Origin: an uncultured Candidatus Saccharibacteria bacterium
GTDB taxonomy: Bacteria; Patescibacteriota; Minisyncoccia; Phycocordibacterales; UBA6899
DNA length: 58,707 nt
Assembly: GCA_964515375.1 (NCBI GenBank)
Contig: CAZERF010000001.1
Coordinates: 181,243 to 239,949 of the forward strand
Direction of reading: 5' to 3'
Shown: piece by piece, positions 1-8,886 of the stretch
Layout of the letters: every line of letters starts with the position of its first letter
How positions within the stretch are numbered: position 1 is the first letter of the stretch
Translations under genes and position numbers: made by a program
The notes under the pieces: model-generated
The model's database searches: none
What the model saw: the letters and a program-made list of their open reading frames with translations, nothing else
Told to the model about the DNA's origin: nothing

Positions 1-221
1 ACATCCGCATCAATGGGCACATTCTCCTCAGCATGACCGGAAAAATATTTCCCCGCAGGAAGTCGTGTCGTGTCAGGCAAATGAATATCGGAACCCGACA
101 CACTGATACCGTGATCGGCAAAAAGGCGCAGGATAGCAGAAACACCGATCCCTCCCACTCCGACAAAATGAGCAACCTTGATCGGTGCGTTCGACATGCT
201 GATGTGTTGATCGTTTGTCAT
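1..221 (-). CDS. murC: UDP-N-acetylmuramate--L-alanine ligase, N-terminal part (runs off window start)
   Basis: Not in ORF track. My translation from ATG at 221: MTNDQHISMSNAPIKVAHFVGVGGIGVSAILRLFADHGISVSGSD..., the MurC GxGGxGxS Rossmann start. ATG overlaps the mltG stop (ATGA). Confidence 0.85.
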   Translation of the reverse strand, partial: MTNDQHISMSNAPIKVAHFVGVGGIGVSAILRLFADHGISVSGSDIHLPDTTRLPAGKYFSGHAEENVPIDAD

Positions 222-1243
222 GGCAGGTATTTTAACTTGTTCTTTTTGTGTTCATCAAATGTTTTTGCATAATGCATCGTTCCATCACGTTCTGACAAGT
301 AGTAGAGGTATTCGGTCTTGGTCGGATCAAGTACCGCCCGTATTGCGTCGAGACCCGGATTTCCGATAGGGGTCGGAGGGAGACCCTCGTGCCGATAGGT
401 ATTGTAAAGTGAATCACTCTCAAGATCGGACTGGAGCAGCTCAAGCGAACCCTTCCCGAGCGTGTACACGAAGGGGGCGTCAACCTGAAGTCGCATGCCG
501 ATCTCAATACGATGAAGCAGGATCCCCGCAATAATCCGACGATCCTCAGCGGTTGCCGCCTCGCCTTCAACGATCGACGCAAGATTGACCACATCCGCCC
601 AGTCCACACCCTCCCTTGTCGCACGCATCTGCAGTTCTTGGGTCTTGAGCTCAAAGTTCTCTCGCAACGCGGCAATGACCGGTCCCGATGTTGCGGTCGT
701 GTAGAAAAAATAGGTGTCAGGGAAAAGATATCCTTCATACGGAAGTGCATCCTCCACGAAGGCTTCTTTCTCCACATCAGGAAGCGCGCGCGCCAGAATG
801 TCCGCCATTTGAACGACCGTCACTCCTTCGGGAAACATGACTCGTGCAACCGCAATCCCATGATCTCCGGAAATAAAGCGCCCCGCAACTCCAAAGACCG
901 ATTGCGGTTCGGAAAAGAGGTAGTCCCCCGCACGCAAATTCTTCTCTTGTTCACTCCACGACACAACGAGCCCAAAGAGTGTGTGAGAACGAATAACCTT
1001 GTATTCCTCGAGAAGAAGCGCAATGTCCGCAAGCGAATACCCGGAAGGAACACGGATCAGTGTCTCGGGAACAAAATCTCGCGGCGGGAGGGTCACACGA
1101 TAAAGACTCACTCCTGCCAGAGTAAGGAGCAACAAAAAAATACCTCCGGCAAAAATAGAAACGGGGCGCATACCCCCTTTTGTCTCATCGAGATGCTGTT
1201 CGCTCCGGTCGGCGAGGATAGTGTGGAATTCAGGATTGACCAT
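218..1243 (-). CDS. mltG: Endolytic transglycosylase MltG (YceG family)
   Basis: N-terminal TM, EGYLFPDTY, LASIVEGEA (catalytic Glu), LQVDAP, SLYNTYRHEGLPPTPIGNPG, YAKTFDEH motifs. Confidence 0.95.
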   Translation of the reverse strand: MVNPEFHTILADRSEQHLDETKGGMRPVSIFAGGIFLLLLTLAGVSLYRVTLPPRDFVPETLIRVPSGYSLADIALLLEEYKVIRSHTLFGLVVSWSEQEKNLRAGDYLFSEPQSVFGVAGRFISGDHGIAVARVMFPEGVTVVQMADILARALPDVEKEAFVEDALPYEGYLFPDTYFFYTTATSGPVIAALRENFELKTQELQMRATREGVDWADVVNLASIVEGEAATAEDRRIIAGILLHRIEIGMRLQVDAPFVYTLGKGSLELLQSDLESDSLYNTYRHEGLPPTPIGNPGLDAIRAVLDPTKTEYLYYLSERDGTMHYAKTFDEHKKNKLKYLP

Positions 1244-1249
1244 GACGTA

Positions 1250-2467
1250 CTAGATAGGCAGGTTGGCCGGCGGCTCTCCTCGGCGCGATTCGATACGGGT
1301 AAAGGTTGGAGTCTCCGCGACGCCTCCCGGGAAGTGAAAGACCGTCGCGAGTTCTTCGGTGTTCAAAACGAACGGCTTTTTCTTGTAGGGAGAATAAAAG
1401 TAGGAACGGCGCACATACGCGTCGTAGATCTTGCGTTTTTGTTTCGCTTCGCGGATCCCCTTGTAATCCTGCCAGGGATAATCAAAACCGGTCGTCATCG
1501 CGGGCTTGAACCCGTTCAGATCCTGCGAGCTGTATTGACGCAAGGAACCCACCACTCCGGCGATATTGGTCGGATCGAAGAATTCCTTCTTTGCAATATA
1601 GAGCGCGCGTATCCCGCAATCAAAACCAAGTTTTGAGAGCGAGCGTTCGATCGCGTTGATAAGTTCGCCTTGACGCTTGGTCGCCTTTGTACCACTCTCC
1701 CCCGCATACTTCTCTTGGAGGTCTTTGATAAGCTTCTTTCCCTCGTCCTTCCAATCATGCATGTCGAACCACTTGCCCTCCGTCTTAAAACGACTCCCCG
1801 TCGCCTGCACGAGAATCTGCATCCAGATCTGCTGCCCGCGTCCGAGGCTCCCCATGAACTCAATGGTCGATGTGATCGGATCACTCTTTTGCTCTTCCTT
1901 GAGTAAGGCCGAATCGAGTCCATAGTCAACGTAAGTCTTGATCGGATAAGGATCCGGCTTTGTGAGAGTGAATTCACAACCCCAAAGACTCCACTCTTCC
2001 TTCTCGTTCATATACGGAGCAAGCGACACATAATCAGGAACTTCGCTGACGTCCACATCGGGATACTGCGCATAGATGTGACTCTCGATAAGTTTCTTGA
2101 AGCGCGACGGAGTGCGAATAAAGAACTTCACGTTTCCCTCATTCGAGACGATCTCAAGAGAAAACCACGGCTTCACCTTTCCCTTCCACCAACGTTCATA
2201 CCAATTTCCGGTCCCCGACTGATGGAGCGCCTGGAGGACGAGCTCCATCGCCATGGGAGTTTTCTCGATATTGCGGGGCAGTCTGACCTCCAAAAGAACG
2301 AACTCATAATTCTTTTTGATGAATTCCATCTGTACATATTCAAGCCAAAGATTCTTCGCGATCATGACCGCGATCACCGGCGCCCAAAGAAAGGCGCTCG
2401 CTTCGATAAATCCATACACCTGGCCCAATATCGCAAAGACAGGAGAATCGAACAGACTTGTGAACAT
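1250..2467 (-). CDS. CPR-type conserved membrane-anchored hypothetical protein
   Basis: ~405 aa ORF (likely start MFTSLF at 2467) with N-terminal TM and LLEVRLPRNIEKTPMAMELVL / FSLEIVS / FVLNTEELATVFHFP motifs of a recurrent Parcubacteria family. Ends 6 nt before mltG. Confidence 0.7.
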   Translation of the reverse strand: MFTSLFDSPVFAILGQVYGFIEASAFLWAPVIAVMIAKNLWLEYVQMEFIKKNYEFVLLEVRLPRNIEKTPMAMELVLQALHQSGTGNWYERWWKGKVKPWFSLEIVSNEGNVKFFIRTPSRFKKLIESHIYAQYPDVDVSEVPDYVSLAPYMNEKEEWSLWGCEFTLTKPDPYPIKTYVDYGLDSALLKEEQKSDPITSTIEFMGSLGRGQQIWMQILVQATGSRFKTEGKWFDMHDWKDEGKKLIKDLQEKYAGESGTKATKRQGELINAIERSLSKLGFDCGIRALYIAKKEFFDPTNIAGVVGSLRQYSSQDLNGFKPAMTTGFDYPWQDYKGIREAKQKRKIYDAYVRRSYFYSPYKKKPFVLNTEELATVFHFPGGVAETPTFTRIESRRGEPPANLPI

Positions 2468-2506
2468 GTAGAGAGTATAACACACAACGCCTTTCGAAAC
2501 ACAAGC

Positions 2507-2541
2507 AAAACCCCGTCCAACACAAGGTCAGACGGGGTTTT
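2507..2541 (-). terminator. Intrinsic terminator
   Basis: AAAACCCCGTC / GACGGGGTTTT inverted repeat just downstream of the 2556-3590 gene. Confidence 0.7.
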
Positions 2542-2555
2542 TGGGAAAGGAGAAG

Positions 2556-3590
2556 TTACGCAAGCACGTACTTTCCTTCCTTGTTCTTCTTGAAATATTT
2601 GGGATTCTGAAGGTTGACCAAGATCGTATTGGGCTTCACATAGCGCTCGCGCATCACTCGCTCGACAACATCCTCGCGCGAAAGCGGTCCGTGCTTCTTG
2701 ATGATATCCGAGATGACATCTCGCACCACGCCGGTCGAATATCCCCATTCGGAAAGCGCGTAGAGCCCGCGTCCCACAAGTACAAAACGCTTGTCCTTGA
2801 TGAGTTCATTGTGCGTGGTCGCCACATGCGCGCGCTTGTCGAAATGTTCACTGATCGCCTTGGCAACCTCAGTGAAGTGCATGGGAGAGCCGTGCTTACG
2901 CAAAACAAGAAAGGCGTAATCACGCACACCACGCGCCGAAACATTTGGGGAATCCGCGATACCCCAATCGCCAAGCGGATTCTTGCCAATGCGCTTGGAA
3001 AGCTTGAGCCAGCGTCGCAATATCTCCTCGTTCTTGTATTCTTCGGAGACATCCTTCAGGTGATTCAAGAAAAGTTCGATCATGCGGGACTCTTCGATAA
3101 GTTGATCATCAGAGAGAGTTGCATAAAGCTTGCGCAAGGATTCATGAACACGATCCGCGGTCTCGCGGTCAACACTCCAACGATGCGAGAAGTCCTCGTC
3201 TTCCTTGTGTTTGACGAAAAGATCACCGAGCACCAACAAGAAATGAATATGGTTCTGTGCACCCTTGTCCCCCGAAAGCGCCGTCAAAAAATCATGTTCC
3301 GGAACCAGCCCTCCCATCGACACCATCGTCGCGCGCAACTCTTCAAAGACTGGCGCTTCCTCCTTGAAGGCATCGGACTTGCGAATAGTCGAGAGCGCAA
3401 AGTTCTCGATCTGACGAACACGCTCACGAGTGATCCCATAGCTTTCACCGATCGCCTCAAGGGTCATTTTCTTCGTGTCGGTACCCAAGCCATAGCGCTT
3501 GGTGACGACGTCGGCCGCACGGCGCGGAAGAGTAGATAAGAAATGCTTTGTGATCTGCTTGGGTTTGAACGTGATGGTTGCCGTGCTCAT
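2556..3590 (-). CDS. Sigma-70 region-4 HTH + HARE-HTH (RNAP delta-like) protein
   Basis: N-terminal KRYGL...MTLEAIGESYGITRERVRQIE (sigma region 4.2). C-terminal winged-helix segments VRDYAFLVLRKHGSPMHFTEVA and VISDIIKKHGPLSREDVV. No sigma region 2. Confidence 0.75.
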   Translation of the reverse strand: MSTATITFKPKQITKHFLSTLPRRAADVVTKRYGLGTDTKKMTLEAIGESYGITRERVRQIENFALSTIRKSDAFKEEAPVFEELRATMVSMGGLVPEHDFLTALSGDKGAQNHIHFLLVLGDLFVKHKEDEDFSHRWSVDRETADRVHESLRKLYATLSDDQLIEESRMIELFLNHLKDVSEEYKNEEILRRWLKLSKRIGKNPLGDWGIADSPNVSARGVRDYAFLVLRKHGSPMHFTEVAKAISEHFDKRAHVATTHNELIKDKRFVLVGRGLYALSEWGYSTGVVRDVISDIIKKHGPLSREDVVERVMRERYVKPNTILVNLQNPKYFKKNKEGKYVLA

Positions 3591-3733
3591 AAAAAAAAGC
3601 GAAAAGGTGATTAATCTAGTGTTTTGTGGAGTATTGACAGTTTTCCTTCAGTACTCGATTGTATACAGTTTTAGCATAACACAATTTATTGTCAAGCGTA
3701 CCCCGGGGTGTGCACAAGTCTCAAGAGAAGCAA

Positions 3734-3753
3734 AGGGGCACTCATGTGCCCCT
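3734..3753 (-). terminator. leuS terminator
   Basis: AGGGGCAC-TCAT-GTGCCCCT hairpin immediately after the leuS stop. Confidence 0.6.
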
Positions 3754-3758
3754 CTTCC

Positions 3759-6164
3759 CTACAATACGATATTGACGATCTTTTCAGGGACAACAATGAC
3801 TTTCCTTGGTTCTTTCCCCTCCGTCCACTTGAGGATCGCAGGACGAGCAAGCGCCTCTTTCGATACATCGTCGTTGCTCATACCTCGCGGGACGTCCATC
3901 GTGTCCCGTAACTTCCCGTTGACCTGGATCGCGATGATCGCACGATCAGAAAGCACCTTATTGGCGTCAAAGAGCGGCCATTTTTCTCCATAGAGCCCGA
4001 CATCATGACCCAACATACTCCAAAGCTCATCGGAAACATGGGGGGCAAAAGGAGCGACCAACCTCACGAAGGTCTCATAGGTCTCCTTGGTGATCGATGC
4101 ACATTTCTCGAGATGATTGAGGAGGATCATCATCTGCGCGATGGCGGTATTGAACGCGAACTGTTCGATGTCCTCACCGACCTTTTTGACCGTCTGATGA
4201 AGCAATACCTCTGTCTCCCTTTCGAGCACCGCCTCTTGATCGATCTTCTCCTGCAGTCTCCAAAAACGTTCAATGAAGCGGCGCGCGCCCATCATGTTGT
4301 CCGTCGACCATGCGATCGCTTGGTCGAAAGGTCCCATGAACATCTCGTATATACGGAGTGCGTCGGCACCGTACGTTTCAACAACATCATCAGGATTGAT
4401 CACGTTTCCATAGCGCTTGCTCATCTTGCGTCCATCGGAGGCCATGATGAGTCCCACATGCTGAAGACGCGTGAAAGGTTCCATGTGGTTCACTACGCCG
4501 AGATCATAGAGGAACTTGTGCCAAAAGCGCGCGTAGATAAGGTGTCGCGTCGCATGTTCCGCCCCGCCGACATAGAGGTCGACCGGTGACCAGTACTTCT
4601 CTTTTGTCTTGTCCACCAACGCGGTATCATTTTCAGGATCAATGTAGCGCAAATAGTACCACGACGAACCCGCCCACTGCGGCATGGTGTTGGTCTCACG
4701 CTTCGCGGACCCACCGCATGTGGGGCAGGTCGTATTGACCCACTCGGCAATATCGGCAAGTGGAGACTCCCCTGTTCCCGTCGGCGCATAGGAAGCGACA
4801 TCGGGCAAACGCACCGGGAGTTCGGATTCGGGAACAGGAACAACGCCGTCCTTTGCGCAATGCACAACAGGGATCGGCTCACCCCAATAGCGTTGGCGCG
4901 AAAAGACCCAATCCTTCAAACGGTACTGCGAGGTGAGTTTCCCGCCCACATGCGCGGTGATCGCCTTCTTGGCCTCTTCGCTTTGCATACCGTTGAAGGG
5001 TCCGGAGTTCTGAAGCGCTCCGGCACCGATGTATGCGCTTTCTTCTACATTTTCACCCGCTCCTTCTCGACAAATAACCTTCACGATCGGCAAGTCATAC
5101 TTCTTCGCAAAGTCAAGATCACGTTCATCGTGCGCGGGGACCGCCATGATCGCTCCCGTTCCATATCCTGAAAGGACGTAATTCGCGATCCACACTGGTA
5201 TCTTTGTGCCGGTTGCGGGATTTGTCGCCATGATCCCCGTTGCCACCCCCTTCTTCTCGACGATCTCGGAAAAGTTCGCCGCACGCACCTTCTCCTCTTC
5301 GCGCAATTCCTCGACAAATGCCGCCACCTCGGGCGAAGCCTTCCATCCGCACTCGATCAGCTGCGCGGCAAGGTCCGCCGATATTGCAAGAAATGTCGCA
5401 CCATAAAGTGTATCGGGGCGGGTGGTGAAGACCTTCAGCTTGTGCTCCGCAGGGAGATCGGTCGCAAATTCAAGCATCGCTCCATCACTCTTGCCGATCC
5501 AATTGCGCTGACTCTCTTTGATCGACGCCGGCCAGTCGAGCACGTCGAGATCTTTGAGCATGCGGTCGGCATATTCCGTGATCTTGAGTGTCCACTGACG
5601 CATCGGCTTCTTCTCCACAACCGTTCCACATCGTTCACACCTCCCCGCTTCGAGATCCTCATTTGCAAGTCCGGTCTGACACGTCGGACACCAATTGATG
5701 GGTTCATACGATTCATACGCGAGCCCTTTCTTGAGTAACTGAAGAAATATCCATTGTGTCCATTTGTAGAATTTCGGATCAGTTGTATTGATCTCTCGCT
5801 CCCAGTCATAACAAAAACCGATCATCGACAACTGCTCTTTGTATCGCTCGGTATTCTTTTTGACCGCGGCGCTCGGATGCACCTTGTTCTTGATCGCATA
5901 CTGTTCTGCGGGGAGACCGAACGCGTCCCACCCCATCGGATGCAATACGGAGTACCCGTTCATGTGCTTGTACCGCGCGTAAATATCTGAGGCGATGTAA
6001 CCCTTCGGATGCCCAACGTGCAATCCCTCTCCGGACGGATACGGGAACATGTCGAGAATATAGGACTTCGGTTTGTTCGGATCGTGGACGGTTCGATAGA
6101 TTCCCTCCGCAATCCAACGCTCCCGCCATTTCTTCTCGATTTTCTTGTGGTCGTAACTTTTCAT
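3759..6164 (-). CDS. leuS: Leucine--tRNA ligase
   Basis: MFPYPSGEGLHVGH (HIGH), KMSKR, DWVFSRQRYWGEPIP, C-terminal VPEKIVNIV. Likely start MKSYDHKK at 6164. Confidence 0.98.
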   Translation of the reverse strand: MKSYDHKKIEKKWRERWIAEGIYRTVHDPNKPKSYILDMFPYPSGEGLHVGHPKGYIASDIYARYKHMNGYSVLHPMGWDAFGLPAEQYAIKNKVHPSAAVKKNTERYKEQLSMIGFCYDWEREINTTDPKFYKWTQWIFLQLLKKGLAYESYEPINWCPTCQTGLANEDLEAGRCERCGTVVEKKPMRQWTLKITEYADRMLKDLDVLDWPASIKESQRNWIGKSDGAMLEFATDLPAEHKLKVFTTRPDTLYGATFLAISADLAAQLIECGWKASPEVAAFVEELREEEKVRAANFSEIVEKKGVATGIMATNPATGTKIPVWIANYVLSGYGTGAIMAVPAHDERDLDFAKKYDLPIVKVICREGAGENVEESAYIGAGALQNSGPFNGMQSEEAKKAITAHVGGKLTSQYRLKDWVFSRQRYWGEPIPVVHCAKDGVVPVPESELPVRLPDVASYAPTGTGESPLADIAEWVNTTCPTCGGSAKRETNTMPQWAGSSWYYLRYIDPENDTALVDKTKEKYWSPVDLYVGGAEHATRHLIYARFWHKFLYDLGVVNHMEPFTRLQHVGLIMASDGRKMSKRYGNVINPDDVVETYGADALRIYEMFMGPFDQAIAWSTDNMMGARRFIERFWRLQEKIDQEAVLERETEVLLHQTVKKVGEDIEQFAFNTAIAQMMILLNHLEKCASITKETYETFVRLVAPFAPHVSDELWSMLGHDVGLYGEKWPLFDANKVLSDRAIIAIQVNGKLRDTMDVPRGMSNDDVSKEALARPAILKWTEGKEPRKVIVVPEKIVNIVL

Positions 6165-6215
6165 TTTGATATCATACCGCCGGAGAGCCATGACGCGCAA
6201 CGCACAGAGGTATTC

Positions 6216-6244
6216 TTTACACAAGAAATCTTAAGTGGTATAAC
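6216..6244 (+). promoter_or_regulatory. Sigma-70-type promoter
   Basis: TTTACA(6216-6221)-17 nt-TATAAC(6239-6244) with TG extension, upstream of the 6290 ORF. Confidence 0.7.
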
Positions 6245-6289
6245 AATGTCCGGTCTTTGGCGTTCTTTATCTCAAAAAGGAGAGCTACC

Positions 6290-6568
6290 GTGAACAACAC
6301 GTATCTTGCTGTTCTAGATATGGACATCAGGCTGACGATCCTCCTCGTCCTCTTGTCCATCTTCGCGATCGGTATTTTTGTCTTCATGTGCGCGAACTAC
6401 TTCGTCCCCGCCCTGATCAAGAGCAGAAACGAAGAGGATGCACGACAACAAGATGAATGCCGATGCCTCGAAGAACTCCACGCGAAAATGAAGAGGCGGG
6501 GCGAAACTCCTTCTCTCGAATTCGAAAAGCACATAAAAGAAAAGTGTGAAAACGGAGGATTATTCTGA
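6290..6568 (+). CDS. Small single-pass membrane protein
   Basis: SD AGGAG before GTG at 6290; hydrophobic stretch ITILLVLLSIFAIGIFVFMCA; charged C-terminus; own promoter and terminator. Confidence 0.65.
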   Translation: MNNTYLAVLDMDIRLTILLVLLSIFAIGIFVFMCANYFVPALIKSRNEEDARQQDECRCLEELHAKMKRRGETPSLEFEKHIKEKCENGGLF

Positions 6569-6584
6569 TTCCTCCAAAAAAAAG

Positions 6585-6606
6585 ACACCCCCTCGAAAGG
6601 GGGTGT
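6585..6606. terminator. Bidirectional terminator
   Basis: ACACCCCCT-CGAA-AGGGGGTGT flanked by an A-run and a T-run, between convergent genes. Confidence 0.8.
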
Positions 6607-6615
6607 TTTACATAT

Positions 6616-7515
6616 TCAGACCATCACCCGAGGGTCATTTGATTTATGAATATCTCGCATCACGTACGATGTCGGCCGCCACGGGGTTCTTGTATGAATC
6701 GAACCAAAGGACACGGCACGAGCACCAAGTGCGCGCACACGAGCAATATCTTCGAACTGCATGATGGATGGGGCAATTACCGGCAGTCCTCCCCCACGTA
6801 CAAGCGTCGCGACCGCGGCCCAGTTTGCCGATTGGGCCGGAACCCCGGAGACACCACCCCCACCACCGCCCACGCGACGTTCAAGTGTCACAAGCGGAGA
6901 AGGAATATTGCCATGAAAGGCGACCTTCCAGGGAACACTATTGAGCGCGATCGCTTCCGCAATGTGCATGAGCGCGAGTGACACCGCAAGATACTCTTGA
7001 GCAACCGACACTTTCACAATGATCGGATGCCGTGTCGATCGACGAAGCACCTGCACCGCGCGCACAACCGCTCGCGTGTCGGGAAGTCGATCTCCGGTAT
7101 TGGGACATGACACGTTGAGTTCGATTGCCCGCAAAGGAAGCCGTTCAAGCATCGCCCCCATCTCCGCCAGCTCCGCTTCCGATCCCGCGAGCGAAACAAC
7201 GACAGGGTAATGTTCCATATCGATCGTTGGAGCAACACGCTCAAGCCACCACGCAATTCCGGGATTCGTGAGACCGATTTTGTTGACAACACCCCTTCCC
7301 GGCAAGAGACGCACGGATTCCCACGGTTTCCACCAGCGCATATTTCCTTCACGCGGGTGACGCGTTAGGGTCTTCAATACCACAGTGAACAACTCGGGAC
7401 GAATGAGTCCCGCCCACAGAAGCGGGCGCTCCCACCACCACCCCTTCCCGTCAAAACCGAGCGCACCACTCGCCACCATGTAGGTGAAGGAGTGCCCATT
7501 TGAAAGCGTGATCAC
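6616..7515 (-). CDS. pyrD: Dihydroorotate dehydrogenase-like flavoprotein (family 1, divergent)
   Basis: VASGALG, LKTLT, NKIGLTNPG, ELNVSCPN (catalytic Cys), IVKVS, LNSV, GGVSG. SD AAGGAG before GTG at 7515. Confidence 0.75.
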   Translation of the reverse strand: MITLSNGHSFTYMVASGALGFDGKGWWWERPLLWAGLIRPELFTVVLKTLTRHPREGNMRWWKPWESVRLLPGRGVVNKIGLTNPGIAWWLERVAPTIDMEHYPVVVSLAGSEAELAEMGAMLERLPLRAIELNVSCPNTGDRLPDTRAVVRAVQVLRRSTRHPIIVKVSVAQEYLAVSLALMHIAEAIALNSVPWKVAFHGNIPSPLVTLERRVGGGGGGVSGVPAQSANWAAVATLVRGGGLPVIAPSIMQFEDIARVRALGARAVSFGSIHTRTPWRPTSYVMRDIHKSNDPRVMV

Positions 7516-7595
7516 GATGTTCTCCTTGCACAAAAAATATCAAAAGACAGACAACAGAAACACCGTCCCAAGCATACGCCAAAACCCAAGGAGCA

Positions 7596-8093
7596 TCAAT
7601 GCGATCGGCCGGGATGTTCCCTGTTTTTTGAAAGAACAAAGAGCCCCGCCCCCAGTGCCGCGCACATGAAGAAAAATCCAAAACCGCGAACCACGGTACC
7701 GATCAAGATATCGTGTTCGAGCACGCCGAAGCGACCGAGGAGAAACGCCCAATCATGTTCTCCGCCGATCAAGGGGAGCGCTTGTGCGCGCGCATCCGCA
7801 ATATATCGTCCGACACCGAGCAAGTTCTGTCCGAACCACCAGAGCATGATCAACGCCGCAAAGAGATCCGCCCTCCGCAGAAAAGAGAACCCAAACACAA
7901 GCGGAAGAAGGAGCTGCAGAATGGTACCACCAAGAAAACCCATCGTTTCACCAAAGAGTGCGAAGAGGGGGTGTCCCGCCTCGTGAATGATCAAGTTGGC
8001 ATCGTCAATGATCGGGATCCACTCTGCCGTCGTCGCGTAAAATGTCAAAAAAAGAAGGAAAAGAAGGAATATTCCGCTAAAGAATTGCCGCAT
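7596..8093 (-). CDS. Membrane protein with HExxH motif (M50-like)
   Basis: Multiple TMs, LIIHEAGH, GGTILQL, GGEHDW. Confidence 0.65.
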   Translation of the reverse strand: MRQFFSGIFLLFLLFLTFYATTAEWIPIIDDANLIIHEAGHPLFALFGETMGFLGGTILQLLLPLVFGFSFLRRADLFAALIMLWWFGQNLLGVGRYIADARAQALPLIGGEHDWAFLLGRFGVLEHDILIGTVVRGFGFFFMCAALGAGLFVLSKNREHPGRSH

Positions 8094-8129
8094 GTATCTA
8101 TTCTAGCGTACTCCGAGAACGAGAAAGAA

Positions 8130-8158
8130 TAGACAATATTGACTTAATATGCTATAAT
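8130..8158 (+). promoter_or_regulatory. Sigma-70-type promoter
   Basis: TAGACA(8130-8135)-17 nt-TATAAT(8153-8158) with TG extension. Confidence 0.8.
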
Positions 8159-8192
8159 AGAAGAAGGTTCAACCTGCACGAAGGAGATAATC

Positions 8193-8354
8193 ATGGGATT
8201 CGCACTGGGGTTCGCTTTCGTTGTCGTACTCATTGTCGCACTTGCGATCGTGAGCACGGTCGACTGGGATGCAATTGTCGAATACTTCTCCGCGACCGAC
8301 GAGAGCGGGGAGTTCGCAGAACACAACAAGGGAGATAACTACCGTCGCAAATGA
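8193..8354 (+). CDS. 53-aa single-pass membrane microprotein (below ORF-track cutoff)
   Basis: AAGGAG SD, then MGFALGFAFVVVLIVALAIVSTVDWDAIVEYFSATDESGEFAEHNKGDNYRRK*. Strong promoter upstream, terminator at 8442-8464. Confidence 0.7.
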   Translation: MGFALGFAFVVVLIVALAIVSTVDWDAIVEYFSATDESGEFAEHNKGDNYRRK

Positions 8355-8441
8355 GAGCATGAGAGCAAATGTTGCGCTCTCACCAAAAAAAGAATGGATG
8401 GACGGGTGGAAGAATTGACCCGCTCACTGCTTACCATCAAC

Positions 8442-8464
8442 ACCCGCATCCATAGGATGCGGGT
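8442..8464 (+). terminator. Intrinsic terminator
   Basis: ACCCGCATCC-ATA-GGATGCGGGT followed by a T-rich tract. Confidence 0.8.
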
Positions 8465-8610
8465 TATTCTTTTTCTTTTTTAGAAAGAATTAACGTTAAA
8501 AACACTAAAATCCGGGATTTCCCCATCACATGACACGATCAGGAGTTTGCATGATCACGATCTGTGCTACACTGAAAAAGGAAGAATGACCCCAAAACAG
8601 GAGAAATAAA

Positions 8611-8847
8611 ATGCGTTTTTTTGACTCATTAGATACGATTGAACTTGCTGTCTTTTTTTCTGTTACGATCACTACACTTATCATCCTTGCGCTCTTTTTC
8701 AACGGAGACCTTCGCATCCTTTGGAACAAAATATGGGGAGAACGAAACGGTAAAGTGTTTACCTACGAAGACTACGGCAGAGAAGAACCAAAAAAGGCAG
8801 AACCGTTATCGATCGACCGACAAGAAAAGATTCCCCAAACAGAATAA
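8611..8847 (+). CDS. Small single-pass membrane protein
   Basis: SD AGGAG; TM AVFFSVTITTLIILALFF; charged tail; hairpin directly after the stop. Confidence 0.65.
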   Translation: MRFFDSLDTIELAVFFSVTITTLIILALFFNGDLRILWNKIWGERNGKVFTYEDYGREEPKKAEPLSIDRQEKIPQTE

Positions 8848-8870
8848 GCCCGCGTCAAAACGACGCGGGC
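8848..8870. terminator. Terminator between convergent genes
   Basis: GCCCGCGTC-AAAAC-GACGCGGGC. Confidence 0.7.
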
Positions 8871-8886
8871 ATTCAACTAAAAGAGG

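Noticed and set aside
512-1636. Long plus-strand ORFs such as 512-1636, 2541-3539, 31738-32718, 41146-42144, 42229-42891 and 45863-46729
   Set aside because: They shadow well-supported genes on the opposite strand, have no motifs, and are expected in GC-rich coding DNA.
3634-3695. Facing TTGACA hexamers as a convergent promoter pair
   Set aside because: The plus-strand TTGACA has no -10 at 16-18 nt. Only the minus-strand one (TTGACA-16-TAAAAC) is plausible, and it is an ordinary promoter.
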